Positions 37,668 through 46,735 of a DNA stretch of 64,000 nt are shown one piece after another. How positions within the stretch are numbered: position 1 is the first letter of the stretch; every line of letters starts with the position of its first letter. The stretch lies in contig JAOUFG010000002.1 in NCBI GenBank assembly GCA_029858345.1, forward strand, positions 13,903-77,902. The letters are read 5' to 3'. Below the pieces are notes generated by a model that worked only from the letters and a program-made list of their open reading frames with translations, was not told the origin of the DNA and did not search any database. The translations under genes were made by a program, and so were the position numbers. Source of the DNA: Phycisphaerae bacterium (lineage in GTDB: Bacteria > Planctomycetota > Phycisphaerae > Sedimentisphaerales > Anaerohalosphaeraceae).

Positions 37668-38017
37668 GCAATCTCCTAAATAGTGGTCTGGATTGGCTGG
37701 AGCAGAGACTCCTCGGTTTCTGCTCCAGCCCGGTGGAGTATCGGCGGGATACGCAATCTCAGACCATCGATGCAGTGTATGGCAAAACGGATCTTGAAGT
37801 CGAGGACCAAACCGGCATCTCGGTCAGCAGTTTTGTGTGGGATTTCCTGATCGATGCAACCACGCTGGGGTTTGAACCAGCAGTCGGCGACCTCATTGTG
37901 ATCAACGGCCGGCAATTTGAAGTCATGAACCTGTCCGGCCAGGGCTGTTGGCGTTGGACGGGACCGAACCGAAAAACCTATCGCATTCATACCAAGGATA
38001 GTGGCGATGACGTGTAA
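37664..38017 (+). CDS. Head-tail connector candidate
   Basis: ORF overlapping the previous stop; assigned by position. Confidence 0.45.
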   Translation: MSNLLNSGLDWLEQRLLGFCSSPVEYRRDTQSQTIDAVYGKTDLEVEDQTGISVSSFVWDFLIDATTLGFEPAVGDLIVINGRQFEVMNLSGQGCWRWTGPNRKTYRIHTKDSGDDV

Positions 38018-38246
38018 TAACGAACAATATGAAAATGTCTGCAAAGGCGAATTCGCCGAGCTTCACAAAAAGCTCGACGGGCTGGACGAGGCCATTCGCG
38101 GCAACGGCAAGCCGGGTATTCAACTCCGGCTGGATCGCCTGGAACAAGAAAAGCTGACCCGCAGCAAGGTGACGTGGTTTCTGGTGGGGATTGCCGGAAC
38201 GGTTGGCGGAGCATTGCTGACCTCATTGATTGTGGGGTGGCTATGA
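38001..38246 (+). CDS. Small coiled-coil protein with a C-terminal TM segment
   Basis: C-terminal VTWFLVGIAGTVGGALLTSLIVGWL. The start is either GTG 38001 or ATG 38007. Confidence 0.5.
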   Translation: MAMTCNNEQYENVCKGEFAELHKKLDGLDEAIRGNGKPGIQLRLDRLEQEKLTRSKVTWFLVGIAGTVGGALLTSLIVGWL

Positions 38247-38671
38247 AATTAGCGATTGATGTTGCTGATGCCGTTGTTGCAGAGATGGCCGCTCATACGT
38301 TCAGTGAACCATTTTCGGTCACGCGTCGTGTTCTGCCCGAGTATGAGATCGCCGAACTGAAGGCATTGACGGTCACCGTGGTGCCCAAATCGGTTGGCAT
38401 CAACAATATCACGCGGGATTCCAGCAGTTTTACGGTGGCCGTTGATATTGGCATCCAGCAGAAAATCGGTAAGGATACCGACACAGACGTCACCCGACTC
38501 AGCGGTGTGGTTTCTGAAGTCGTCACCTTTATGAATCGGCGGAAACTGAGTGGCTTTCCTGCGGCAGTTTTTGTCTCGATTGCCAATGAGCCGGTCTATG
38601 CTCCGGAACATCTGTCTGAAAAGCGGCTGTTTACATCCATTCTCACGTTAACCTACAAGGTCATCCAATGA
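38243..38671 (+). CDS. Head-tail adaptor candidate
   Basis: The ATG at 38243 overlaps the previous stop (ATGA); the track start at 38174 is over-extended. Confidence 0.45.
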   Translation: MKLAIDVADAVVAEMAAHTFSEPFSVTRRVLPEYEIAELKALTVTVVPKSVGINNITRDSSSFTVAVDIGIQQKIGKDTDTDVTRLSGVVSEVVTFMNRRKLSGFPAAVFVSIANEPVYAPEHLSEKRLFTSILTLTYKVIQ

Positions 38672-39009
38672 GTCTACCTGAAAATATCTATTCAAAGATT
38701 CTCACCTACGCCAGACAGCAAAGCTACAGTCTTTCGCAGATTCAGAATCTGACGCATACGCAGTTTAAGACATTTGCCCAAAACCATGGCGTCACCGACC
38801 AGCGTATCGTAAAATTCCTGCCATTTTTTGAGCAAATCAAGAGCCGACTGATAGAGGATTTCGAGACCGATGCCCTTAAGTCCGAAGGTCAGCAGATCAA
38901 GCAGGCCATCCTGGCTCGATTCCCGGATGCAGAGTTTGACATCGACCGTAAAAAATCACTGGTGATGGTCTGGCTCAAGGGTCGTCCTGCCGCGGAGGAG
39001 GTCGTTTAA
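38668..39009 (+). CDS. Hypothetical structural-module protein
   Basis: ORF with overlapping junctions on both sides. Confidence 0.45.
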   Translation: MSLPENIYSKILTYARQQSYSLSQIQNLTHTQFKTFAQNHGVTDQRIVKFLPFFEQIKSRLIEDFETDALKSEGQQIKQAILARFPDAEFDIDRKKSLVMVWLKGRPAAEEVV

Positions 39010-40571
39010 TGGGACTGTATAACAACAATAAACCGTATTGTGTTTTCTATGGCGGCGGTGGAACCAAGGCTGGCAGCAGTAATTATTCCGGCTGTACTTA
39101 TGAATGGCTCGAAGGTAAGAACTTCGATGCTTCCAGTTTATTCAATTCCGAAGGCGGCCCGCTGGTCGATTGGGACGGTGGCGGGGTTGATCAGTTGACC
39201 ATTGAGGAAGATGGACAGATCCTGCGCAGTACCAGTGCCGTTAATGCCGCGTTTATTGATACCTGTCTGGCCGCCGGTATCGAAGCGGGGATGCTGATCT
39301 ATCGTGATGATGATCTTTACCTGATGTCTTATCTGCAGGAGATCGTAAGCATCAGTTATGATGCGATTGGACTGGATTTTTCTGAGATCGAGCAGACCTA
39401 TGCCAACTTTGCGGTCATTGGTGGTGCCAGTAATGCATTCACAGAACCATTGGATTACGGATTTATTGATGCTTGGTCGAACGATTGTTATTATTTCATC
39501 GGCAAGGATATCACACTGTCGTCGACATATGTCATCCCGGTTGGCGGAACCATCAACCGCTCATCGCTTCGAATTGTTGGATATACCGATCCGACCAATC
39601 TGTTTCATCTAAGCGAAGATGGAGCGGATTATATTTCAGCATTTACCGCTGCCAAGATGGGATTTGCTGCACTGCCGGGACCAACGATTACACTGGCCAT
39701 GGGTGATGCCGCCAAGGGACTTGGGATTGAGACAAATAACATTGAACTGCATAATCTCAAAATCACCACCACCGCAGACATGACCGGTTGGTTCATCTAC
39801 GGACCGACCTGGCAGGCAACACCCAATAAATTCAATATCCGGTTCCAGCACTGCAGTTTTCAATCAACGACGTCGGCTACCGGCCTTTTCGGCTGGGGGC
39901 AATGGGGTAATGTCATCATCGATGATTGTTACTTCCAAGACATCGCATATTGGGCCGTCAATATCGGTCCGGCGTATGACCAATACTCTGCAGATCGGGT
40001 CAGCCGCTGCTTTACTCGAGAGACTCAGGTCGGGATTCTGGCTCCCAATATTGAAAACTGCATTATCTATAAGCCCCGTTCCATTCCGTTTATGAGCAAT
40101 ACCATTACCCACTCGATTGTCTACCGGCCACTGGGAACGGTCAATCCTGAAAACTTGCGGTCTGGAAAGAACAATCGTCGCGCCTTGAACAACATCTTCT
40201 ATCTGGACCGAACCGGTCCGCTGGAAACCGTCGGTATTTGGCGTCTGTTAGTCGATTCCGGTGCAATGGAAGAAGATTATAACTGCTATTTTGATGTGGC
40301 TAACCCTGACCTGACACCCGACTCTTCGGATTTTTTTGGTGATATTGATGCTTCCGCACGACCTTGGCAACCCGGTGTGCAAAAGCACGGCTTCTATGCC
40401 GACCCGCTGTTCGTGGATCCGGAGAACTATGATTTTCGATTACGGTCGTCCAGCCCGTGTCTTGGATCAGGGAAACCGGTCAACGGATTGGCTACTGATA
40501 TGGGGATGACTTTGAAAAAACCTGATCCCGTGGGTGTGTACGGCCAAAACAAAAACCTCTATGGCGTTTAA
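39009..40571 (+). CDS. Right-handed parallel beta-helix protein
   Basis: C-terminal DPLFVDPENYDFRLRSSSPCLGSG, typical of beta-helix/pectate-lyase-like proteins, with repetitive Gly/Asn/Ile-rich turns. Confidence 0.55.
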   Translation: MGLYNNNKPYCVFYGGGGTKAGSSNYSGCTYEWLEGKNFDASSLFNSEGGPLVDWDGGGVDQLTIEEDGQILRSTSAVNAAFIDTCLAAGIEAGMLIYRDDDLYLMSYLQEIVSISYDAIGLDFSEIEQTYANFAVIGGASNAFTEPLDYGFIDAWSNDCYYFIGKDITLSSTYVIPVGGTINRSSLRIVGYTDPTNLFHLSEDGADYISAFTAAKMGFAALPGPTITLAMGDAAKGLGIETNNIELHNLKITTTADMTGWFIYGPTWQATPNKFNIRFQHCSFQSTTSATGLFGWGQWGNVIIDDCYFQDIAYWAVNIGPAYDQYSADRVSRCFTRETQVGILAPNIENCIIYKPRSIPFMSNTITHSIVYRPLGTVNPENLRSGKNNRRALNNIFYLDRTGPLETVGIWRLLVDSGAMEEDYNCYFDVANPDLTPDSSDFFGDIDASARPWQPGVQKHGFYADPLFVDPENYDFRLRSSSPCLGSGKPVNGLATDMGMTLKKPDPVGVYGQNKNLYGV

Positions 40572-40586
40572 GCAAGGATTATTCTC

Positions 40587-40946
40587 ATGAGTGAACATGC
40601 ATTTATTCTCTATGGCAGTTATCAGAATCCATACCTTCGACTGGTACGAATTGCAGATGGACTGGTTTTCGATGTTGCTGCAGGTCTGTTGGCCCAGGCA
40701 CCCGCATGGGCGGACTCGGCTCTGGCACTGGGTGCGAAAGACGCCGTGATTAACGGCTGGCCGGTGGACCTTCCCGAAAACCTGCCCAATGGGGCTTATG
40801 ATCTTCAGCTCTATGATGCCGCTGCACCCTCGCAGTCTGATGCGATGGTTGCCGGGTGGCGGTTGGTGATGCCGCATAAACTGCTGGTCAATCCCACAGA
40901 ATTTCCGCTGGATGTGTTCGGTCGGATCAGGATAACGGGGGCATAA
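40587..40946 (+). CDS. Hypothetical structural-module protein
   Basis: Track ORF in a co-directional packed array. Confidence 0.45.
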   Translation: MSEHAFILYGSYQNPYLRLVRIADGLVFDVAAGLLAQAPAWADSALALGAKDAVINGWPVDLPENLPNGAYDLQLYDAAAPSQSDAMVAGWRLVMPHKLLVNPTEFPLDVFGRIRITGA

Positions 40947-41374
40947 TGGCCGGTTTCAAACTCAAATACCTGTTTTTTGACAGCCCTAAAGTTGTTCGGG
41001 CCGTTGATAAATCCACCCGCAAGGTACTCTCGAAGTTCGGTGCCTTTGTCCGGCGAACGGCTAAACAGAGCATCCGCAAACGAAAGAAGACATCCGCACC
41101 CGGAACGCCACCGTCCAGTCATACCGGGCTTTTAAAGCGGTTTATCTTCTTCGGCTATGACCCGCAAAAACGCAGTGTTGTCATCGGACCGACCCGGCTG
41201 ACAGAAAATAACCGCGGCGAGGCACCCTCGATCCTGGAGTATGGCGGCCGGACAACGGTCAACAGCGGCACAAAAAAAACACGTGTACGAATCCGGCCTC
41301 GGCCGTTCATGGGACCGGCCTTCGAAAAAGAAAAACCAAACCTTCCATCGATGTGGAAGGATTCAGTGAAATAG
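40946..41374 (+). CDS. Tail completion / HK97 gp10-like candidate
   Basis: Basic 142-aa ORF immediately upstream of the tail tube gene; assigned by position. Confidence 0.4.
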   Translation: MAGFKLKYLFFDSPKVVRAVDKSTRKVLSKFGAFVRRTAKQSIRKRKKTSAPGTPPSSHTGLLKRFIFFGYDPQKRSVVIGPTRLTENNRGEAPSILEYGGRTTVNSGTKKTRVRIRPRPFMGPAFEKEKPNLPSMWKDSVK

Positions 41375-41386
41375 GAGACTTTCAAA

Positions 41387-41836
41387 ATGGCTGATTTTTT
41401 ATTGGGCATGAATGCCAAGATTTACCAGGGGGCTACGGCCGCCGATCCGTCGACCCTCGACCCGGCAACGTTAACCGAGATGGGTAACGTCAAGGACGTG
41501 ACGCTCTCGCTGGAAGCCGGCGAAGCGGATGTGACCACCCGTGCCAACAGTGGCTGGCGTGCGACCGCACCGACCTTGCGGGAGTGTTCCTGCGAATTCG
41601 ACATGATCTGGAAGCCTGGTGATGCGGGATTTGAGGCGATTAAGGCGGCGTTCCTGTCGGCGGGAACCGTGGCACTGGCGGTTTTGACCGGTGCACACAA
41701 CGAATCCGGTGCCGAAGGTCCGGTGGGCAACTGGTCCATCACCAACTTCTCGCGGAGTGAAGCCCTCGAAGAGGCTGTTACCGTTAGTGTCACCGCCAAA
41801 CTGGCCGCGTTCGGTCAGTGGTTTGAAGCAGCTTAA
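41387..41836 (+). CDS. Major tail tube protein
   Basis: About 150 aa, GMNAKIYQG...GNVKDVTLSLEAGEADVTTR pattern of TP901-1/phi13-type tail proteins. It is followed by the chaperone pair and the tape measure. Confidence 0.6.
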   Translation: MADFLLGMNAKIYQGATAADPSTLDPATLTEMGNVKDVTLSLEAGEADVTTRANSGWRATAPTLRECSCEFDMIWKPGDAGFEAIKAAFLSAGTVALAVLTGAHNESGAEGPVGNWSITNFSRSEALEEAVTVSVTAKLAAFGQWFEAA

Positions 41837-41840
41837 ACAA

Positions 41841-41885
41841 AAATGAAGAATTGAAAATGAAGAATTAAGAAATGAGGAATTTATG
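41841..41885 (+). repeat. Three and a half tandem copies of AATGA(A/G)GAAT leading into the chaperone start codon
   Basis: aaATGAAGAATTgaaaATGAAGAATTaagaaATGAGGAATTtATGAAGAC; the last copy supplies the real ATG at 41883. Confidence 0.6.
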
Positions 41886-42353
41886 AAGACATTCAATGAT
41901 GCCGCTGGCCGGACCTGGACCATTGCTCTCAATCTCGGTACGGCCATGGCGGTTAAAAGTAAACTGGGGATTGATTTATTGCGGCCGGAAGATGGCGATC
42001 CGCCGCTGCTGACGCAGTTGGGCACTGATGAGATGCTGCTGGGAGAGGTACTCTGTGCACTGCTCGAATCCCAGTTCGAAAAACACAACCTCACCGATGC
42101 AGATGTTCGAATGTCGTTTGACGGTGCTACGCTATTGGCAGCACAGAAAGCATTCTATGAGGAACTGGTGGATTTTTTCCGCAGCCGCGGCCGGACCGAC
42201 CGGGCCAAGGCGGTCGCGGCTCAGATGCAGCTGATCGACAAGGCGACCAGCGCCATCGAAGCCAAAATCGAAGCGATGGACCTGGATCAGATGATCGATG
42301 GTGCACTGTCTGGCACATTGCGGGATTCCTCGGCATCGACCCCCGTCCCTTAA
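41883..42353 (+). CDS. Tail assembly chaperone (G-like)
   Basis: Position between the tail tube and the tape measure. A downstream ORF in the -1 frame lacks its own RBS. Confidence 0.55.
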   Translation: MKTFNDAAGRTWTIALNLGTAMAVKSKLGIDLLRPEDGDPPLLTQLGTDEMLLGEVLCALLESQFEKHNLTDADVRMSFDGATLLAAQKAFYEELVDFFRSRGRTDRAKAVAAQMQLIDKATSAIEAKIEAMDLDQMIDGALSGTLRDSSASTPVP

Positions 42354-42364
42354 CGCTGCGGCAG

Positions 42365-42586
42365 TTGCTCTGGATGGCGGAAGGTCACCACCGCGATGCC
42401 TGGCAACACACGTCATCTCTGATGGCGCTGATGGCCAATGTCAATCGCGACCCGAAGAAAACCCGGGCCTTTAAGCCGTCGGATTTTAACCCTTATGTTC
42501 GAAAAACATCCCGGCCGGATGTGATTGTTGTTACGAAAGAAAATATTTCGCTACTTAAACATGCTTTTTTAGGAGACAAACGATGA
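42365..42586 (+). CDS. Probable -1 frameshift extension of the tail chaperone (GT-like)
   Basis: The -1 frame is open far upstream of the listed TTG start. A CCCCC run (42340-42344) lies 3 codons before the chaperone stop. Confidence 0.4.
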   Translation: MLWMAEGHHRDAWQHTSSLMALMANVNRDPKKTRAFKPSDFNPYVRKTSRPDVIVVTKENISLLKHAFLGDKR

Positions 42587-43104
42587 AAACGGATGCAGTA
42601 CACGCAGTATTCAATTGGGCCGACCACAATCGTTACACCATCGCTTCGGTGCTGGTTTTTATCCTGACGATGGGAATCGTCGTTAATCTAAGCGGCTGCG
42701 AATCAGCCACCTCGGGGCTGGTTGCGGCGGCTGACGGGACGGCGACCAAGGTGTCCCGCAGTGAGTTCCAGCGTCAGGCGCTGGTCGGCGAGAAAGATTT
42801 CGCCATAAAACGCATTGAACTGGACGGTTTAGCGGCCACATTTAATGCAGAGGTCAAGGCATTTAATGAACGTATTCAGGCGGGACTGGACGATCTGGCA
42901 CGTCAGGATGAGTTTAAGCAGCAGCTTTTAGACACGATCGGCAGTGTGGCGATTGGCGCAACCGATGGCACTCTCAATCCGATGGCCCTGGTTCCCATCG
43001 GAATCGGATTACTCGGCGGAGCACTCGGTCTGGGTACTTCTGCGGATAATCGGCGTAAGGATAAGGTCATCACGGATCTTAAAGTAGCCGCAATGACCAC
43101 ATAA
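42583..43104 (+). CDS. Lipoprotein with a C-terminal TM segment (u-spanin-like topology)
   Basis: Signal peptide plus lipobox VNLSGC, helical middle, and C-terminal hydrophobic MALVPIGIGLLGGALGLG followed by RRKDK. Confidence 0.5.
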   Translation: MKTDAVHAVFNWADHNRYTIASVLVFILTMGIVVNLSGCESATSGLVAAADGTATKVSRSEFQRQALVGEKDFAIKRIELDGLAATFNAEVKAFNERIQAGLDDLARQDEFKQQLLDTIGSVAIGATDGTLNPMALVPIGIGLLGGALGLGTSADNRRKDKVITDLKVAAMTT

Positions 43105-43106
43105 CC

Positions 43107-45092
43107 ATGGCTAATACTACTTCCATACGAGCCGGTCGGGCATTTGTCGAACTGTTTGCTGATGACAGCAAACTGGTGCGGGGTCTGCGCTCAGCCGAGC
43201 GTAAACTCCGCGCCTTCGGCAATGGCATCCGCACACTGGGCCTAAAGATGATGGCCATTGGGGCCGGATTGCTCACGCCCCTGATCGGTTCTGCCAAGGC
43301 GTTTAGCAAAATGGGCGATGAGGTGGCCAAGATGAGCAAACGAACGGGTCTGTCTGTCGAGACGCTCTCGGAACTGAAGTTTGTCGCTTCCCAGACGGGC
43401 ACCGAATTTGCCACCTTGGAAAATGGTGTCCGTAAGATGCAGCGGAGCATCTATGATGCCGGTCGCGGCCTCAGTACCGCGGTTGATGCCCTGGAAGATT
43501 TGGGGCTGACGTATAAGGATCTGGAAGGACTGTCGCCGGAAGAGCAGTTTAAGCTGCTGGCCGAGCGGATCAGCAAGATCAAAGATCCCACCAAAAAGGC
43601 CGCTATCGCGATGAGCCTGTTCGGACGGACCGGTACAAATCTTTTGCCCATGTTCGAACAAGGCGCTGCCGGGATTAATGCACTCCAGGAAGAAGCCCGC
43701 CGGTTGGGCCTGACCATGCGGAGCGAGGATGCCAAGGCGGCCGAGGATTTTACCGATGCGATGGATAAGCTCTGGAAAGTGGTCAAGATGACGGCCTTTC
43801 ATGTCGGCGCTGCCTTAGCGCCTGCATTAGAAAAGATCACGAATGTGATTACGAACGTGGCCGTCAAGATCAATGCCTGGATACAGCAAAACCATGCGGT
43901 CATCGTCACCATCGGGAAGGTGGTATTAGCGGTTATTGCCGGCGGTGCCGCACTGGTGGTGCTGGGCACCCTCATCAGCGGGTTGGGACTGGCATTCGGT
44001 AAACTGAGTCTGGTCATTACTGGTATTGGCGCTGTCTTAAAGATGCTGGGTTCGGCAATTGCGTTTTTGGTCTCGCCGATTGGCCTGGTCATCGCCGCCG
44101 TTGGTGCACTGGCCGCCTATCTAGTCTACAGCACCGATGTGGCGGCTAAAGCGGTTGATTGGCTGGGCCAGAAGTTCAGTATATTAAAGGATGATGCACT
44201 CGCGGCCTATCAGGGAATCGCCGACGCCATGGCGGCTGGCGATATTGCTTTAGCGGCTAAGATTCTATGGCTGACTTTGAAGATGGAATGGACGCGTGGG
44301 GTCAATGTTTTGGAAAAGGCGTGGCTAAACTTTAGAAACTTCTTCATCCGCATCGGTTATGACGCGTTCTACGGCATGGTGGCGGCTGCTCAAACCGTCT
44401 GGCATGGACTGGAAGTCGGCTGGATTGAGACGACGGCGTTCTTTTCTCGCACATGGCAGGGATTTGTGTCGTTTTTTGCAAAAACCTGGGAGAACATCAA
44501 AGCCGGGGCTCAAAAGGCATGGAACTGGATTAAATCGCTGTTCGATGATTCTTTCGATCTTCAAACCGAAAACAAGATGGTCGAGGACCAGCGTCAACAG
44601 GCGATTGCATCAATCGAGGATGAAAAACAACGCAAACTCGCCGAACGCGAGGCCGAGCGTCAATCGCAGCGGGACCAGGCGGCCCGGATGAATGATGCAA
44701 CACTGGAAGAGATCGGCCGTCAACATGCGGAAAAGTATCAGGCTCTCGATGATGAATACAACGCCCGCATGGCCGAAAACACCAAGGATTTAAAGGCCGC
44801 CCGAAAAGAATGGAAGGACTCCATCAGCCGGGCCAAGGATAAACGTGCCGAAAAGGAACTGGAAAAACCCGCCGCTGTCGAAAAGGCAAACACCGCCTGG
44901 ATGGATGTCGGCGATGTCCTGACCGAGGCAGCCAGTAAGATGAGCGTGACGGGCACGTTTAACGCAACCGCGGCCTGGGGACTGGGCACCGGCAGTGCCG
45001 CTGACCGGACCGCCAAGGCCACCGAGGAAACCGCCCGCAATACCAAGCGTCTTCTGGATGAATCCCGCAATAATGGAGCGACGTTCACATAG
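43107..45092 (+). CDS. Tail tape measure protein
   Basis: 661 aa, N-terminal TMP core (SLFGRTGTNLLPMF), central multi-TM/Gly-Ala-rich region and a coiled-coil C-terminus. Confidence 0.8.
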   Translation: MANTTSIRAGRAFVELFADDSKLVRGLRSAERKLRAFGNGIRTLGLKMMAIGAGLLTPLIGSAKAFSKMGDEVAKMSKRTGLSVETLSELKFVASQTGTEFATLENGVRKMQRSIYDAGRGLSTAVDALEDLGLTYKDLEGLSPEEQFKLLAERISKIKDPTKKAAIAMSLFGRTGTNLLPMFEQGAAGINALQEEARRLGLTMRSEDAKAAEDFTDAMDKLWKVVKMTAFHVGAALAPALEKITNVITNVAVKINAWIQQNHAVIVTIGKVVLAVIAGGAALVVLGTLISGLGLAFGKLSLVITGIGAVLKMLGSAIAFLVSPIGLVIAAVGALAAYLVYSTDVAAKAVDWLGQKFSILKDDALAAYQGIADAMAAGDIALAAKILWLTLKMEWTRGVNVLEKAWLNFRNFFIRIGYDAFYGMVAAAQTVWHGLEVGWIETTAFFSRTWQGFVSFFAKTWENIKAGAQKAWNWIKSLFDDSFDLQTENKMVEDQRQQAIASIEDEKQRKLAEREAERQSQRDQAARMNDATLEEIGRQHAEKYQALDDEYNARMAENTKDLKAARKEWKDSISRAKDKRAEKELEKPAAVEKANTAWMDVGDVLTEAASKMSVTGTFNATAAWGLGTGSAADRTAKATEETARNTKRLLDESRNNGATFT

Positions 45093-45165
45093 CTTAACGA
45101 TGAAATTGTTGTTTCTGCGCGGCTCTGTAGGGTCGCGTTCGTTTTAGAATATTCGTGCGAAACTT

Positions 45166-45975
45166 ATGACCCTGAAGGGTATGATGAGCGTCACTGTTAC
45201 TGAAAAATTTCAATCCCGCGATGTCGTCCGTGGGACCAATCCGTCGGCGCAGCTGAATTTTGTGATTCAGGGCACCGATGATTATGACGAGGCGCTGACC
45301 CAATTGGCCAGTAAGGCACCGCAGGTGTTTGATAATCTCCCGCGTCTGAGCTATGGCATTGAACCGATTGCCGAGACGCTCTGGCTGGGCAATGCACGCT
45401 ACGGTTATCAAAGTGTCCAGGAGACCGGTGAGGCCGTCTATCAGTTCGACACCGGCGGCGGCAGTCAGCACATCACCCAGAGCTTAGGGACCGTCCGGCG
45501 TTATGCACGACCGGGTGCTGTTGCCGGGAACTTTATGGGGGCCATCGGCGTGACCAATGACTCGGTCGAGGGGGTGGATATTACGGTCCCGATGTACAGC
45601 TTCAGCGAGGTGCACTATAAATCAAGATCTTTCGTTGATGAAAACTATAAAGCCACGTTGTTTGAGATGACCGGAACGGTCAATAGCAAACCCTTCCGCA
45701 AGTTCGCTTCCGGTGAAGTCTTATTCCTCGGTGCCAGCGGCACCAAACGCGGTTCGGATGATTGGGAACTGGTCTATCGATTCGCGGCCAGCCCCAATAT
45801 GAGCGGCATGATCATTGGCCAGATTGAGGGCGTCGCCAAGGGTGGCTGGGAGTATCTGTGGGTCCAGTATGTTGATTCAGAAGACGAAAATGCACAAACG
45901 CTCATTAAACAGCCTGTCTCGGTCCATATCGAGCAGGTGTACGCATACAAAGACTTTGACCGGCTGAGGTTGTAA
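45166..45975 (+). CDS. Distal tail protein candidate
   Basis: First ORF after the tape measure. Confidence 0.4.
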   Translation: MTLKGMMSVTVTEKFQSRDVVRGTNPSAQLNFVIQGTDDYDEALTQLASKAPQVFDNLPRLSYGIEPIAETLWLGNARYGYQSVQETGEAVYQFDTGGGSQHITQSLGTVRRYARPGAVAGNFMGAIGVTNDSVEGVDITVPMYSFSEVHYKSRSFVDENYKATLFEMTGTVNSKPFRKFASGEVLFLGASGTKRGSDDWELVYRFAASPNMSGMIIGQIEGVAKGGWEYLWVQYVDSEDENAQTLIKQPVSVHIEQVYAYKDFDRLRL

Positions 45976-45976
45976 T

Positions 45977-46735
45977 ATGGCCAAGCACGTCACCGCAGGT
46001 GAAAAATTCCGATTTGGTGCTCGTACCTATAACGAAATGACCAGTCTGATCGAAAAGGATCGGGCCAGTGATCTGTCCATGCAGGCTAAAACCACACGCG
46101 GCAACACTGATTTTGTCCTGGTCAAGAATATCAGCGGTTCCGATGTCGCTCGTTTTGGTGTATTGGGAATCGCAGGAATCCTGTTCGATCCGGCGACCGC
46201 ACTGCCGGCATTTACATCACGAACCGTATTTACAGGTGAAACGCCAACCGAAGAACACCAGACGGGTCGGTTTTTGATCTGTGCCGAGCCGATTCGTAAT
46301 GGCGCGATTGGCCGGGCATGGGCGGATGGGATCGTCACAACTCGATTATTTGTGCAGGACGCCTCGCATAACTATGCCACGGTTAAGCCGGATGATAGTA
46401 CCCAGTTGGTCAGCGCCGACCAGGGACTGTGCTATATCCTCTATAAAGAAGCGGGCACCGGCACGAAATGGGCGGTTGTGCGGTATGGCTCTACCGGTAA
46501 TTCCCTCCGATGGGCGTTTTGCAGTGAAGATGCAGGTTCCGGCAATACACTGGATTGTTTCCTCGATACCGACGAAACCGGTACACTGGTGACGGTGTAT
46601 TTTAAGCTGCTCAACTGCTCAAATCTCGAAGATGGTCATTTTACACTCATCGATGGTGTCCCCATCCCGGTCATGAAACGCAGCGGCAATTGGTGGTGCA
46701 TCATCCCCATCGAAGGGACCAAGGTGGTCGTATGA
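45977..46735 (+). CDS. Tail tip/baseplate protein candidate
   Basis: ORF 1 nt after the previous stop. Confidence 0.4.
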   Translation: MAKHVTAGEKFRFGARTYNEMTSLIEKDRASDLSMQAKTTRGNTDFVLVKNISGSDVARFGVLGIAGILFDPATALPAFTSRTVFTGETPTEEHQTGRFLICAEPIRNGAIGRAWADGIVTTRLFVQDASHNYATVKPDDSTQLVSADQGLCYILYKEAGTGTKWAVVRYGSTGNSLRWAFCSEDAGSGNTLDCFLDTDETGTLVTVYFKLLNCSNLEDGHFTLIDGVPIPVMKRSGNWWCIIPIEGTKVVV

